Below, one piece after another: positions 39,080 to 53,134 of a stretch of DNA of 64,000 nucleotides; positions within the stretch are counted from its first letter, which is position 1, and the number at the start of each line of letters is the position of its first letter. A model generated the notes under the pieces. It saw only the letters and a program-made list of their open reading frames with translations, did not search any database and was not told the origin of the DNA. The position numbers and the translations under genes are program-made. The stretch comes from Octopus sinensis. Taxonomy: Eukaryota. Location: contig NC_043018.1 of assembly GCF_006345805.1 (NCBI RefSeq), forward strand, positions 11,346,001 through 11,410,000, in the 5' to 3' direction.

Positions 39080-40080
39080 GTGTGTGTATGGTCGTGCAGA
39101 TAATTTTTATGATGCATAAAACTGATTATAAATAGATATAATTTTAATGTAACATTTATTACAACAAAAACATCACTCATGACCACCCTTTTGGGCAATC
39201 ATTGCCTCCACACAAGAACGAAATTCTTCTGCAGCTGCCACAACCTCTGCCTTTTTTTATTTTGCATATCACACGCATGATGCAGGTCTTCAAACTGCTG
39301 ACACATGATTGTGGAGAAGCATTGGTCCTTGCTTGAAGTATGCCCCATAAAAAGTGATCAAGAAGATTGAGAGCTGGGCTATTACTGAGCCAGATGTTGG
39401 CCCTCACAAAAAATGGCACCTTCTCATCATAAAAGGCTCATGTTGCTTTTGACCCATAGCATGGTGCAGAATCTTGGATAAGCACCACATTGTTGAGCCC
39501 AAACTTCTGTTCCATCTAAGGTAACAGAGAGTTCTTCAGGATGTCCAGATCCTCCTTTATGCTGATCTTCAAGCCAGACTCAATGAAGTGTGGACCCATG
39601 ACACTTCCATCACTGGCTACGGCTCCAAATACCATCACAGAGGCAGGATTCTTAGTCTCAAAAACAGGTGGGGACATCAGAAGGGTTGTATGCAATCACT
39701 TGAGAATTTCTGTGATTCACCTCAGCGTCCACAAACATGAGAGTTTTTCCTGCACCTTGATGAATGACAGAAGCTTTGGGCATCTCTCGGCTCTGGCCTT
39801 GGCTGTTGGTAGGTGACGGTATTGTCAAACACAGTTAGTCATGCCAAGGTTCCTGTTCACAGCTCTGGACAGCACGGAAAAGGACACATTGTATTTCTTT
39901 GTAAGAGTTGTCATGGATGGGTTGGCTTCAATTGGGTGCTTGAGGCCAGCAAGACACTTTGGATTGTACTTGGAATCACTTTGAGTCTTGTGTTCTTTTC
40001 TATTGATCTATCCCTCTTCTTTAAATTGTTTATACACAATGATAAACTGTTGATTTTGGAAGTTTCGTCAACTTAACCAC
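39080..40080 (-). mobile_element. Decayed Tc1/mariner-superfamily transposon (maT/DD37D-like)
   Basis: TKNPASVMVFGAVASDGSVMGPHF, LIQDSAP, IWLSNSPALNLLDHFLWGIL. Confidence 0.75.
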
Positions 40081-41639
40081 TGCTGAGTGCCACAGCAGTT
40101 TCTGTCTACCAAATCCACTCACAAAGCTTTGGCCAACCCAAGATTACAATAGAAGACACTTGGCCTACGTGCCACACAGTGGGACTGAACCTGGAATCAT
40201 AAGGATGGGAAGAAAGCTTCTTACCACACAGCCACGCCTGTATTCATATGTTAAATTATATTCCAAACGCCAGCTCAATGATGAGTTATTTTACTAAATT
40301 TGGCTATTACCTTTTGCCTATACTGACACAAAATGATGGTAAGCTTGTCACCTAATTATATGATCTAAATCCAGCCCTTTCCATTGTTACAGTCTCTTTC
40401 TTTATTACATCATTTGATCACTTCTTAATCAAGATGAAACTCTGATTCTCATTAACAAATATGTTTAACATCTGATGTAGCTAAGCAGCTGATAAATATT
40501 GTCCTCCTAGGTGTGTGTCTCACTGAATTCGAGCTCCTCCTCTCATTGTCTCCTGTTTACCCACAAACAATACTTGAAAGACAACCCATTTGTCCACTGC
40601 ATTGTCTGCAACATCCTCTGCATCCAGTTTTAGTTCCATGCCATGCAGAATCCTCCTCAACAAAGATGACTGTAAAAAAAGCATTCATGCAGATAAAAAT
40701 ATGACAACAACTCTAATATTTCTTCTTGCAAAAGGCCTGGTTGGAGGCGTAACCTTCCAAGTCCTTTTACAGGGCTTAGAAAAACTGAAGGAGCCCCTGC
40801 ATTAAGTGTGTGAATCTGAGAAGGGAATATGTTGAATAAAATTATAATTAACTGATCTGAAATCCTAAAGCTTCTCAGCACCCCTCATAGTCTCAATAAA
40901 TACATATCCCAAGGAAACATTCTTTCCTTCCTAAACATTAACACACAGCTAAAACAAATCATTGCTGCTACAAATACTTGGTCATCAATCTCTGATGGTC
41001 TTTCACATGCATCCCACATCGTTTGTGTTGGTATTGCAGTCTGGCAAGATACACCACATCTACAATACCTGTATATCTCATGTCCTGCACCCTCAATATA
41101 CACATTAAATTCATTTTGATCAAAACTATACATCACCTACATTCATCTGGAAGGACCTAGCAAACCTATTATTTATTCCGCTTCTTTAAAAGTAGCTTAA
41201 ATACTAGCTTAAAAGCCACATTCCATGTGGACTTTTAAGCTAGCTCCTGTAGAAGGCTAACTGGACCTGTGGCCCAAAACTAATGAGAGCAATAATAATA
41301 AAGAACTTATTGGTACCCTACCAATATGGTATTACTTTAAACTCAGTTTAAATGAAAAATTTATCAGTTCACAAAGTTTGGGAATTCTTTAAAAATTTTA
41401 ATGCTGGATGTTCAAGAACAAAATGAAGAGCAGATTTTCAACCCCGGGGTCATCCTGATTCCAAAAATATGTCTATGCAGAGCAAATGTAGACTGAGATA
41501 AAGGGGGCCCGGACGGACAGGTAGAATTTTGCATTTATTATTATAGAAATACATGGATGCATATATCACATTTGAAATTACCATTTGTTGTCATAATTAT
41601 TTATAAAAAGATCAAAGAAAGATCAAGACAGCAAAACAC

Positions 41640-43335
41640 TGAAGACAATCGAGTTTAATAAATCACACTTTATGTACACAACAACATAAAGGAAGCAGTT
41701 TGAACTAGTAACCTTCTTCACTGCCCTAAACTATTAATAATAATTAGCAATGGTTTGGAAGTTCATGTAGAAAGATGACGGTGGCCAGTGTTTTGTATTC
41801 CTAGTTCTGTCTTCTTTTATTCTTGGCAAGACTTGAGACAATAAGGTTTATATATAATCATTTCTTACATTATTTGCTTAAAAGGTTGTATGGCTTAGAG
41901 TTAAGAGCCTTGCTCAAGGGCCAACAGCACAGTGACTGGAGTCCAACATGTAAAGAGTGAAAGATGTTTGATATATCTCAGCCATAAGCTACTATCACAT
42001 AAATAACAAACAAAACACTTGAGATCTTGGCTCAGTGATTTTTATACAGAAATTAGCCTTGTCAATGTATTTAATATTCAATGGAGTGGGTCAGAAAGGT
42101 TGTTTTTTTCTTTCTTGCATTAAATAAAACCTTATTGCTCAAAAACAGGCAGTCTTGTGCCAAGGTCTTTTTTTTCCCCTTGTTTCCTAGACAAAAGAGC
42201 AAATCCTGTCTTATTGATAATTTCCTATAAACCTACAATATAGAAAGCTAGCCCCTGAACTTTCAGCTAAATCCTGCCTAGAAGGGGGTGGGGGTGGAAT
42301 ACATTATTATGTAAGCAAAGGAAACTAGTACATACTGCTAAATTAAGATTATCACTTTTAACATTAAGAAAAACATTCAGAGAGAAAACATAATGCAAGC
42401 CGTAACAAAATGGAGTGATTGACAATTACAAGTTAAAGAAAAAAACCCAAAATTGCAGAATAATTGAAATGTTTACCAAACAATAAATTTACAGCAAGCA
42501 AGTTTTACACAAGCAGTTGCAATGTGTCAGTGACCAGGTTATAAAAAAAAAAGAGAGAGAAAAAAAGAAGAAGAAACAAAAAAACGTTTTTTTGTTAGTT
42601 AATAAATTGACTAATTAATGCTATTTAAATTTTTACTGGTCTGCAAACCACAGACAAAGGAATAGATAAAAGGGAGAAGTAGGAAATAAAAAAAGAATGG
42701 GGGGGGGAACTAAAATTTGGGCCCCAACTTTATGATACGTCTTTAACTAAACAGAATAAAAAATGAAACTGAAAAAGAGAAAAAAGACCCAAAACTGAAC
42801 AATGAAAGGATAAAGCTACAGATAATAGCTACAGGTGAAAAATTAACTAATTTCTCTTGAAATAAAGAAATGGAACATAAATATTAAAAAAAAAAATATA
42901 TAAACTATTCCATGGTGAATGGTGTCCCCGTTCCCTTATTCCTTATGCAGTGTTTGCAGAATATATTTAAAAAATACACAAAGGGCAAGAAGCAATTACG
43001 CATGATCAATGAACGGTGTAACAGCAGTGAAAGCTGTGCTCAAGAACTGGTCCCCCAATCATATTACCAGCATAGGGGAGTGTGTAGGGATTTTAGGGAT
43101 CATGGGATTAGTCTCTGCAAGAAGAACAATGTCAAGACGGACCTCATTGAGTGGGGTGGGGTCGGGAAGGGTAGCGGAAGAGTTCAATTTCTTTTTATAT
43201 ATATTTCTGTTTAGTTTGTTTACACTGTTTTAATCTAATACTGGTATTCAGCCCCCGTTTTTTCTTTTTTGTTTGTTAGTTGTTGTTTTTTTTTTCATTT
43301 TGTTTAGTTTACTGGTGAAGAGACGAACAACTCGA
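41640..43335 (-). other. TOLLIP: Probable TOLLIP 3' UTR (about 1.7 kb), candidate ATTAAA poly(A) signal at 41659-41654
   Basis: Nearly repeat-free, U-rich sequence on the minus strand after the stop; ATTAAA is followed by a U/CU-rich downstream element. The end point is a guess. Confidence 0.4.
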
Positions 43336-43541
43336 TTATTGTTCGGAACTCATTGAGAGCAGTGAATTAATGACCGCATTTTTGTTGCCTCGTTGCGCAA
43401 TGAAAACTGACTGAATGACATTGGTTTCAATTCCTGGGAACATATCCTTCATTTGTTGAACATCAGATTCTGTGTATGCTGGAGCTTGTTGTACAGGGGC
43501 TGGAGGCAGCTGGGTAGTTTGATACACTGGAGTGCCACCAA
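43336..43541 (-). CDS. TOLLIP: TOLLIP terminal coding exon with CUE ubiquitin-binding domain: ...YTESDVQQMKDMFPGIETNVIQSVFIAQRGNKNAVINSLLSMSSEQ*
   Basis: CUE MFP motif and C-terminal LL. Acceptor ttttcctgtctctgttgcag|, phase 1; TAA at 43338-43336. Confidence 0.96.
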
Positions 43542-46500
43542 CTGCAACAGAGACAGGAAAAATTAGTAAAACAACCAATTACCTACAAATTAATAAAAAA
43601 ATTTAAAAAACCCCAAAAAAACGCTATCAGACACTCACTGTGTACCAAGAAATAAGGAAGAGGGTATGTGTGTGTGTGTGCACACTCAAGAATGGACAGG
43701 CCTGATTATCAAAATCCAACTTCTAATCAGTACAGATGCAGATAGATATCCAGGCATCATGGCTCGTGTATACTGATGTCACCTTATATGGTTTTCTTAC
43801 ATTTAATCACATAACATGTACAATAATATCTATAATTTTACAGGATGCACTGAAACAGCTGTAAAGATTCATTTCTTGTAAATATTATGTAACAACTTAA
43901 GGCAGTGAGCAAGCAGAATCCTTAGCACACCAGGTAAAATGCTTAGCAGCATTTTGTCCAAATACTAGTAACAATTGACTTAACCTTGCCCCCAAATTGC
44001 TGGCCTGGTACCAAAATTTGAAACCAATTTTCTAACAACTTATGTAAATATATTTGTATACCAATAATTGTCCAAATGTATAGATAACTAGATAGATCAG
44101 AATCTTCCCTAACTGCTTTGTTTTCTGCTGAATATCCCTTTCACTTCCACTTTCCCCCAATACATCTGCTCAATCTACCAATAGCAGCTCCCACTATTTC
44201 CACCTCTATATACCACTGACCTCCTCCCAGGCACAGTGCATCTCTTGCACACTGTCTACACTCCACATCACCTGTACAGCCTCTTATTGCCTCCACCTGC
44301 ATTTAACTGCATTTACCTCTACCTCCATCTCTATCCATCTCTCGAGAACTTCCCTGCCCCTTCACCCTGTCCAATCCTCTGGACCACTAATGTTCACCTT
44401 CCTGTAACTTGAGAGTATGCCCTGATACCTCGTCACCATCTCTCCTTTTCAAGCTGGGGTAGTCACAACGCAAGACATCTATTTGTGTCCCTCTAACATA
44501 TGTTAACATCTCATCACCGGGCATGAAACCACCTTCCTCGGCTGCTAACCTCACAAGTGATAGAGTCATGTAAAAAGGCACCCACTAAGTGGTTGATGAT
44601 AGGAAGAGTATCCAGCAATAGAAACCATGCTACAGTAGACAATGGTGCTTGACGTCGCCCTCTGACTTGTCAGATCCTGCAAAATTGTCTGACCCATGCC
44701 AGCATGAAAAACAGGTGTTGAACGAGAGAGAGATGACTGTAAATACTAACTTTTCTGATGGAAAATGTACGATCCAATATAAGCTGCAGGTTTGTGCCTT
44801 CCGAGTAAGAGGAAGACAGAAAGAGAGTAGAGAAAGAAGGTGAAGAACATGAAACATTCATATCCTTCTGCTAAATATTTGTTCCGGGCTATTCTCGATG
44901 GTGTATACAATAAGGAAGGAAAGAACAGAAACCAATAACACTGATCAATAGGATACAGCGACTGAAATCTATACACAGGATCTGTGGCTGGAGTAAGGTG
45001 CAGGCCAGAAGGTATTACAGTAGTGAAAGAGTACCTTTAGGGAGAACACTAAAAGTTAAAAGATAGGCATGGAAGAACTGGAAAGGAACATCAAAGAACA
45101 CCGGGAAGCTAGCTGGCTATCAGAAAGCAGAAATTTTGTTAGTGTTCTGCAATAAGTGGATCAGAAGTTCTGGATTACAAAGCAAGAGTCTTGCAGGTGA
45201 ATCAAAACGTCAATGGGGAAAAGTGTGCTCAGAATGACAGTGGTGTACTTACCTTCATTGGCAATAAGAAGAGACAAGACAGAGAAATATGTGCGAGACG
45301 AAGAGGAGTTACTCCAAATATACACAAAAGAGTAACCAGTTATTCAAGTGGACAGTTATATATGGATATAGTTGAAATGGCCATTAAGCATCTAAAGTTG
45401 GGGAAAGTGACAGATGAATCAAGCATAGTTGCTATGATGTAAGGGGTTAGGCTAGCCACCCACATAATCAGTCAGGTAATACCCAGGCTGGTGGGGCAGT
45501 ATAATTGTAGAATGCTGTAAGGGTGTTAACAAATTTATTTCTACAGTAACAACAACAATTCATTCTATTATATTAAAAAATACAAGTTCATTCAATGAAA
45601 ACTCCACCCTTTTCCCTCAGTCAAAACTATCAAAGACATCTAATTTTATCATAAACAAATGCCCAAAACCTAGAAGTTAGATAAGAAGGTTGTCAAAGAC
45701 AACACACATAAAGTCAGACTGCCCCCCCCCATTCTGTCTCTGTCATTTTCTTTGTTGTCTACTTCAGTACAAGATTTAATGTCTAAATATTATGACATGT
45801 TCTCCGGCTGCAAAACCCAAGTATTGCTACCTGAAACACAGAGGAGAGAAAGATAAACAAATACAGGAGCCTGACCAGCCATTATCAGTTGGTGTCAAGA
45901 CCTCAGGTGTTCTTGCCCCCCCCCTCACCCGCATTGCTGATTTCCTGTGGCCTGTGAGGTGGGGTGGCTGCTGCAGTGCCTTTGCCATCATGGCTGCAAT
46001 GAGGCACAGCTAAACACCCCAATTTGTTCTGAGGTGTACAACCCATTACTCCCTCTCCCCACCATCTTCAGTTGCTTAATTCCCCACTTCTTTTTCTTTG
46101 TTTCCTTGGTGACGTACTTATTCTTTTATACTTTTACACGTTTCAGGTGATGAAAGGTTATGGTGAGATAGAAACAAATGTCTTGCTAGAGCGGAGGTAC
46201 GTGGTTGCCTAATTGTTATAATAGAAGACACTTCCCAAGATGCCATGTAGTGGGACTGAACTCGGAACTATGTGGTTGGGGAGCAAATTTCTTACCATAC
46301 AGCCACACTTGCACGTATGTGTTTATTTTTGAGTTACAATTACTACAAATTCTAATACAAAGCTCTCCGAAATCTCAAAAGTTTCTCTGCTATAATATAC
46401 TGAGTAATATGTGGCTGTTTAACAGCATGTAATTAATTTTCTAATGAAATAACAGATCATTATTTAATGAACACCAAGAGGGAAAAACTGATGCCCAAAA

Positions 46501-48485
46501 CAGGACTAACTTCTTAAGCTCCAATATCTAAAGTGCAACTTATGTCCTTAATTTTAGCACTTGAATGAATACATCAGTCTATCAAGGGGTATATCATTAT
46601 CTCCTAACTAAAACTGATAGTACATTTGAAATCAGTACCCGGAATATAGTTAACTTTCACATTTTTTCATTTTTTTTTTTCTGGCAGTGTTATCTCCCTA
46701 CAGATTCAAAATAGTGTTGTGATGGTGAGAATTTAGATGTTTAATCAACTGAAACACCTACCCTCATAAGTAAGAACTGGCACGATACAGTGCATGACAA
46801 GGCTGTACCGTTTTAATTACAGATACAATTCTCCCAACCAGTTTCTGCATAGTTTCTATCAAACTAGTCTTACTAACAATGGATGGGTCAATCCAAGGCT
46901 GAAGAAAACGACAATTTGCCTAAGATATCATGCCTCCCAAACCATTTGCTTCTAATATGGTTAGATTTACTTATCCATCTGGCTGGTTTATGTTATGATC
47001 CAAGGTGGAGCACACAACATGTTCACTCAAACTGCTAAAAAATAACAGCTAAATCTCTCTCAAATAACATCTCCTGTCTTACAAACAAGGAAGAACATAG
47101 TTGTATAATGTGGACCTATACCTGACGGAAAAACAAGATGTTGAACAAGAGAAGGTATTTGATAGTAGGTCTGCTCGATCAGAGAGGTTGACCTAGGCTT
47201 TAAACAACAAAAACAAGTCAATCTTTTCTTGAGAGAGGTGGTGCCATGACTACGACCTTGTATGAATGTTTTCCTGCCTGGAACATGAAATAAAAACAGA
47301 AGCAAACTGAGGGTTAGTCCAGAGACATATTCGTTGCCACACACTCACAGAACTGAAGTGAGTGACACACATGGTCAGTGAAGCAGACATGGCACTGTGT
47401 TTAAGATTAGAATGAGCTTATTTTATGCAGTGTTCAAGTGCACTACAACTATTCCTGCTCTAGTGGGAACACTGTATGAAAAGGTTAACAGAAATAAGGG
47501 CAGTGATATGGTAACAAAAGATATGGTACAGAGATATGATAACAAATGGGTTTTATGGTCATGTGCTACACATATTGGTTTGTTAGTCTTTCAACCCTGC
47601 TCATGGTTAGGAAACTACTAACCAATCACATATTTTGAAATTAATATGGGTGAAGACTTATGACAATGTTAGAAATAAGGGCACTTTTATGCAGTTGCTT
47701 AACCTATCCTGCTAGAAATATCTGCCAAATCTCTCTCAAAATCAACATACCATCTTCAAAAAGGGAATACTATAGGATGGTCAGAGTTGGAATACTTCCT
47801 GTCATAAATAGGCCTGCTCAAGCGAGGGCAACTGTGGGCTAAATAATAAAGAGAACATTAAACTGAGAAATTTGGTTTCTCTAATGCCAAAGAGAATCTC
47901 TTCTGGCATCTAGAATTGGTGATAAGTAGAAAAAGAGGGACTCTATAAATCTTTGCTCGTATCATTAGTATCAGTGCAAAGGTGTAAACGAAGTTAATGA
48001 AATTTGAATAAGTCACACACAAGACACAGAACAAGAAATTTTGATCCTCACAGAACTTATTTACAATATGAAGGATATTTAGTTTGTGGAACAGACAGAA
48101 AGTAAAACAGAGTGAGAGAGAAGGTACCTTGAAAAATAGAGGAGAGGAGAGTAAGAATGAATATGGGCAATGGGGAAAGGTGGCAATGGAGAGAGTGAGA
48201 AAGAAAGACAAGAAAATGGAAGAGTGCAAAGGGGAAAAGCAGGAGTTAGTGATGGAAAGAGGTGAAGGGGTGGATGAGAGGAAAGGAGAAAGAAGCAGAA
48301 GCAAGATGGAGATAAAAGGAAGAACTAAACTTGAAAAACTACTGCTAGAGTACTAGGGCTTAAATTGTAGAAGAATTGTGTAGGTTAGTGTTTCAAGAGA
48401 CAAAATGGTAAAATAGAAGAACAGTTCAAGAGCAACAATTGCAGGAAAACTAATGAATAGACTCTGCTATTCCTTCTGTACTTAC

Positions 48486-48591
48486 CTACAGGCTGCATGG
48501 GAGCGTAAAACATTCCAGGGCTGACAACTTGTGGGATTACCATAGTTTGTTGGGGACAAATAAAGCTTCCCATTGTAAGGTTTTGGACAGG
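48486..48591 (-). CDS. TOLLIP: TOLLIP linker exon: PVQNLTMGSFICPQQTMVIPQVVSPGMFYAPMQPV(V)
   Basis: P/Q/M/V-rich linker like Tollip exon 5. Boundaries cattcacag| and G|gtaagt; 106 nt, phase 0/1 fits both the upstream C2 exon and the CUE exon. Confidence 0.85.
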
Positions 48592-49010
48592 CTGTGAATG
48601 GAAGAAGAAATTCAAAGAGATTTATTATTCACACATAGTTACTGTCTGTGTCAAGGAGGAGGAAGAGTATAATTTTTTTATATTCTTTCATAGGAGTTGA
48701 TGCAACAACGTATTGATGGAACGACTGATTTTATTCTACCGTCTTTCATCATTTATATTTCCATCTAAACATACACACATATATACATCTTCAGTGGACC
48801 ACATTCTAAAGGATAGAGCAGCAATGTATTTACAAGCAGTTAAATATACGTCCAGTCATAGAGTGATCAATCGTCTCACATCCCTAAAACGCTTAGTTTT
48901 ATAGACAATTTGCCAGACTCTAATGCAGTCTCTCTGGAGGCTTTATGGATGTGAAACCATTGGTCATTCTACGACTGGACATATATTTAACTGCAACATA
49001 TATATATATC

Positions 49011-49044
<34 letters not shown>

Positions 49045-52000
49045 AAAAACACCATCCGAGCGTGGCCGTGCATACCTTCCTTCCTTCTTGTGAAGACCTG
49101 TGAAGACCTGTTGAGGCAAGTGAAAATCAAATCAAATCAAATCAAAACAAATCAAAATAGATGAACATCAATGGAATTTGTATCTTTGTGGTACCAGTGC
49201 CGGTGGCACACAAGAAAACCACCCGAACGTGGCCGTAGCCAGTACCGCATCAACTGGCCTCCGTGCTGTGGGCACGTAACAAACACCATCCGATCGTGGC
49301 CGTTCGCCAGCCTCATCTGGCACCTGTGTCGGTGGCACATAATAACACCATCCGAGCGTGGCCGTCTGGCACCTGTGTCGGTGGCACATAAAAAACACCA
49401 TCCGAGCGTGGCCGTTCGCCAGCCTCGTCTGGCACCTGTGTCGGTGGCACATAAAATCACCCACTACACTCTCGGAGTGGTTGGCGTTAGGAAGGGCATC
49501 CAGCTGTAGAAACACTGCCAGATCTGACTGGCCTGGTGTAGCCTTCGGGCTCCCCAGACCCCAGTTGAACCGTCCAACCCATGCTAGCATGGAAAACGGA
49601 TGATGATGAATGATGATATTTCGTTTTTGGATTTGGTTTGCAAGATTCTTTATGTGAGTTCCTGTGTTGAAGCACATTCTGTTGTCTGGGGAGAGTCATT
49701 CTCTTTTAGTGCCTTATAATTTAACACACTCACTGGTAAAATTTCCACTCATTTCCTTTATTTTTCTAAAATTTTCATTGCACCTTGCAACCTTGTCAAT
49801 AGTTTTGAGAGTCATTATAAGAACCCTACAGTTTTGTTTTTGGATAAATATTAACCAGCCCTATTTATGATATCATAAGTGCTCTTTCTAGACATATTGG
49901 TAATTTCTTGTCTTATCTTAGTGCAAACTTCATTTCACTACTTTTCAAACATCCTGGTCCCCGCTTTATATAGAAATAACCTGTAAATATTTCCCTAGAC
50001 CACTGCGAGATCACTCTTTTGTCTATTGACTTCAAAGCTCTATGCAGGACGATGGTATGACTAATATATTAAGTCTCCTGCCCTCTTCTCGAGGCCATGT
50101 TCTTACCTATTCCCTCCGTTTATTTTATTTTATGCATTTGTATTCACTCTGATGAAGTTCCATGTACTAGATCGAATGTCCTTTAAAGATGAATACTATT
50201 AGCACCGACTGGCACTGGACGCAGATATGGCCATAAGAAATGTTTATGTTATGTTTTGTATTAAAAAATAATCTACAGATGTAGTCCAATTTGTTTGTTT
50301 GTTGATCAAAAGTTTTCTCCATTTTCTGATTATTTAAATTATTTACACACACACACACAAGCAGGTCTTATATTCCTGTCTCATGACTTTCATCTCTTCA
50401 TCTCCTGTGTTCCTGCTTCAAGGCTTTCGCTCTACACATGCCAGCGCAACTTGATTCATCTTTATTAGTTGAAAGACATCTGTTGTTATTTTCTCCTTGT
50501 TTGTAATTGTACAACATTTTTTCTGGTTTTTTTTTTGGTTTTTTTGCCTTTGTTGTCGTACACATTCACTTGCTTTCTCCCTAAATATTTAATGTTCTTA
50601 GCTTAGATAGTGGGGGCCAGCCAAATTTGAACAGTCTCAAGTGTAACTGGCCGAAACTGTAAGGATAAGCTGGAAACTTGACTGAAGAGAGAAAGCTGCG
50701 AATGACCCGGCCTTATTTTTCCTGTCTGTCTTTGTATCGTCTATCTGTCCAGATGTTTTATCGTCGTCTGTCACAGATATTTTGAAGTAACTTTTTTTCT
50801 ACTGAACCAAATCTCAAACTATTTATGCCAAAGTGTAGCTGAGGAGGTGTCCTCTTTAAAACTGTTAACAGTTTGCAATTTAGTTGAGAACTGAATTAGT
50901 GGTGAAGCTTGGATGCTGCTGCGATTGACGAAATGGTGGACTTAAGAATACATTCAACCACTACCGTGGTTGAACGATTATATAACATGGAGTGAAATTA
51001 AATGAGAGAGACAAAAAATATATAAACAGTTGCCGAACATGGCAGAGGTGAAGATTTTTTTCTTTTCTTTTTTACAGGAACACACTATATTGAGGGCAGA
51101 GATTCTGAATCTGCAAAAAATTCTGCATTTCAAAATTTAAATCACCCACCTAAATTTCTTAAATTTTCACTGTTTATTAAAGATTTTTTTTTTTTTGGCG
51201 AAATACATAGAAAAATATGGAGATTACGATTCTGAAAAAAAAAAATTCTGTAAAATTTCAATTTTTCAAAAACAAATAAAAAAACAACTCCCATTCCCTC
51301 CGCCCTATGGCGAAGTGAAATTAATTTCACTTCTTGTCAAAGGGCGTGCCGTTCAAACCGAAAAGATCCAAATTCTGAAATGCAGATTTTTTTGCGGATT
51401 CGGAATCTCCGCCCTCGATACAGTGTGTTCCTTTAAAAATACCCCCTTCCCCAATCCCAAGGTGGGTGCGGTCCATGATCTTTACCTCCGCCCCAAGCTT
51501 TTCGATTTGCGAACAGACAACAAAATAATACAAACTAGACGGACGTTTGTTAATAAAGAGCAATGACTAAAAGTCATCGCTAAAATGAAACTCGCAATTT
51601 TATGTTAATATAGTAGTTCAGTTCGGGGAAAATCTGAAAGGTGAATTAGCCCCATGCATTTATTTTTTCCCCCCTAGTTGTTTCACGAGTCGAACAAATT
51701 GCTTAAATGCATTCCTTCTGGGTTTACATTCTGAGTTCAAAGACTGCCGAGGTCAACTTTGCCTTTCATTCTTTCGATGTTCACCCACACAACCTTCCCT
51801 CACGACATGGATAAAGAGGGTGGGCTGTAAAAGAGGGTGGATGACGTCTCAAACCGACACTCTTCCTAATGCTGTGTGCCTCTACTATAAAAGTAGGAGT
51901 TAAAGTGGGTCGATCAACGAGGATTATCAGCGCGCTCACGCACACCATTTGACTCATAAATCAACTTTCCTGTCGAAGTACCAATAAAAAATAAACAATC

Positions 52001-53134
52001 GCAAGCTATTTCCGTTTATGGATTAAAAAAAGAAATCAAACTCGTTTTGCAAAAAAAAAAAAAATCATATTTAAATTTCCTTTTCTTACGTCAGATACTT
52101 TCCACTTTAATTTTATTATCATACAAGCAGTAATCGCCCGGAGTTGCTCGGGTTTGTTTCGACCCTTTAGAATTGGAATTTTTGAAAAGTAAAAAGTTTA
52201 CATTATGTAGTTTGTTATTCTCTTTGAGTGAACATTTTTCTGGTTGAAATACACCAAAAAATGGCGTAAAAATAGGGATTTTAATAGAAAAAAGCACCTT
52301 TTTGATGTAAATAATTTTTGGTGTTAACATGGTCCGATTTGAATTTTTTCTTCTACGGGAGGAAGAGCAAGGCTTCTTCTATCATATTCTCAATTTTGGT
52401 CAACTTACGCCGCAGGGTCTCAGTGTTAATTGAAGGCTACCGACACCTGCCGCACACAGACAACTTCAGCTTTATAGAGAGAGAGAAGAGATTTCACTTC
52501 GATTCATCCTACACTTCCTTGATATCCGCCATTATATGTTCATATATCAAAAGATTAGGCCGTCTTTCGTTTTGATTTGCAGAAGTCATTTGGATCAACT
52601 GGTTGTTAGCCGATGATTATTTACTATCATTTGTTTTGTTTTTCTTCTTCGGTTTATGAGGAAGGGCTGTGGAAACGAAACCAAGACGACCTTTCAACAA
52701 GTTTCCAAAACGAGTAGGACGAAGTGGTAACGTTCACGAGTGAATTCCGCTGAAGGAACCCAAGGACCTTCCACAACAGTTTCCGTCTACCAAATTTCAC
52801 ACACGAAGTGATGGTCGACTCAAACACTGCCCAAAACTGGAATCGAACTCCAAACAACGTAGTTGCGCAAGTGAACGCGTTACTGCCTGCCACCTAGACT
52901 GTAAATAGGGCGAAGGGATAAAGACGATGGGAACCAAGAAGGCAAAGAGCCGGAACAAATACCACCAACTTATGGGATAAGTTCAAAGCCATAAAAAAAA
53001 AAAATGCCCATTAAACAGGCAAGAAACTCCGCAGTTAACAATATTATTTGACGATTAAAGAAATCTACCACCACCAACACCCTCTTCTACTTTATCGCCA
53101 TGTTGACAAAATAATAACAAACGAAAAACGATAC

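Noticed and set aside
41204-41243. 18-bp hairpin downstream of the TOLLIP 3' end
   Set aside because: Short, with a 3-nt loop and AT-rich arms; too small for a pre-miRNA and plausible by chance or as a MITE remnant.
44387-44581. 64-aa ORF in TOLLIP intron 6 as an extra exon
   Set aside because: No compatible splice sites or recognisable motif, and it overlaps a SINE/LINE-tail relic.
50140-50720. Possible hammerheads: CTGATGAAGTTCC.. at about 50149 and GGCCAG..CTGGCC-GAAAC at about 50615-50670
   Set aside because: Each has only one half of the catalytic core; probably decayed PLE/retrozyme relics, not scoreable as ribozymes.
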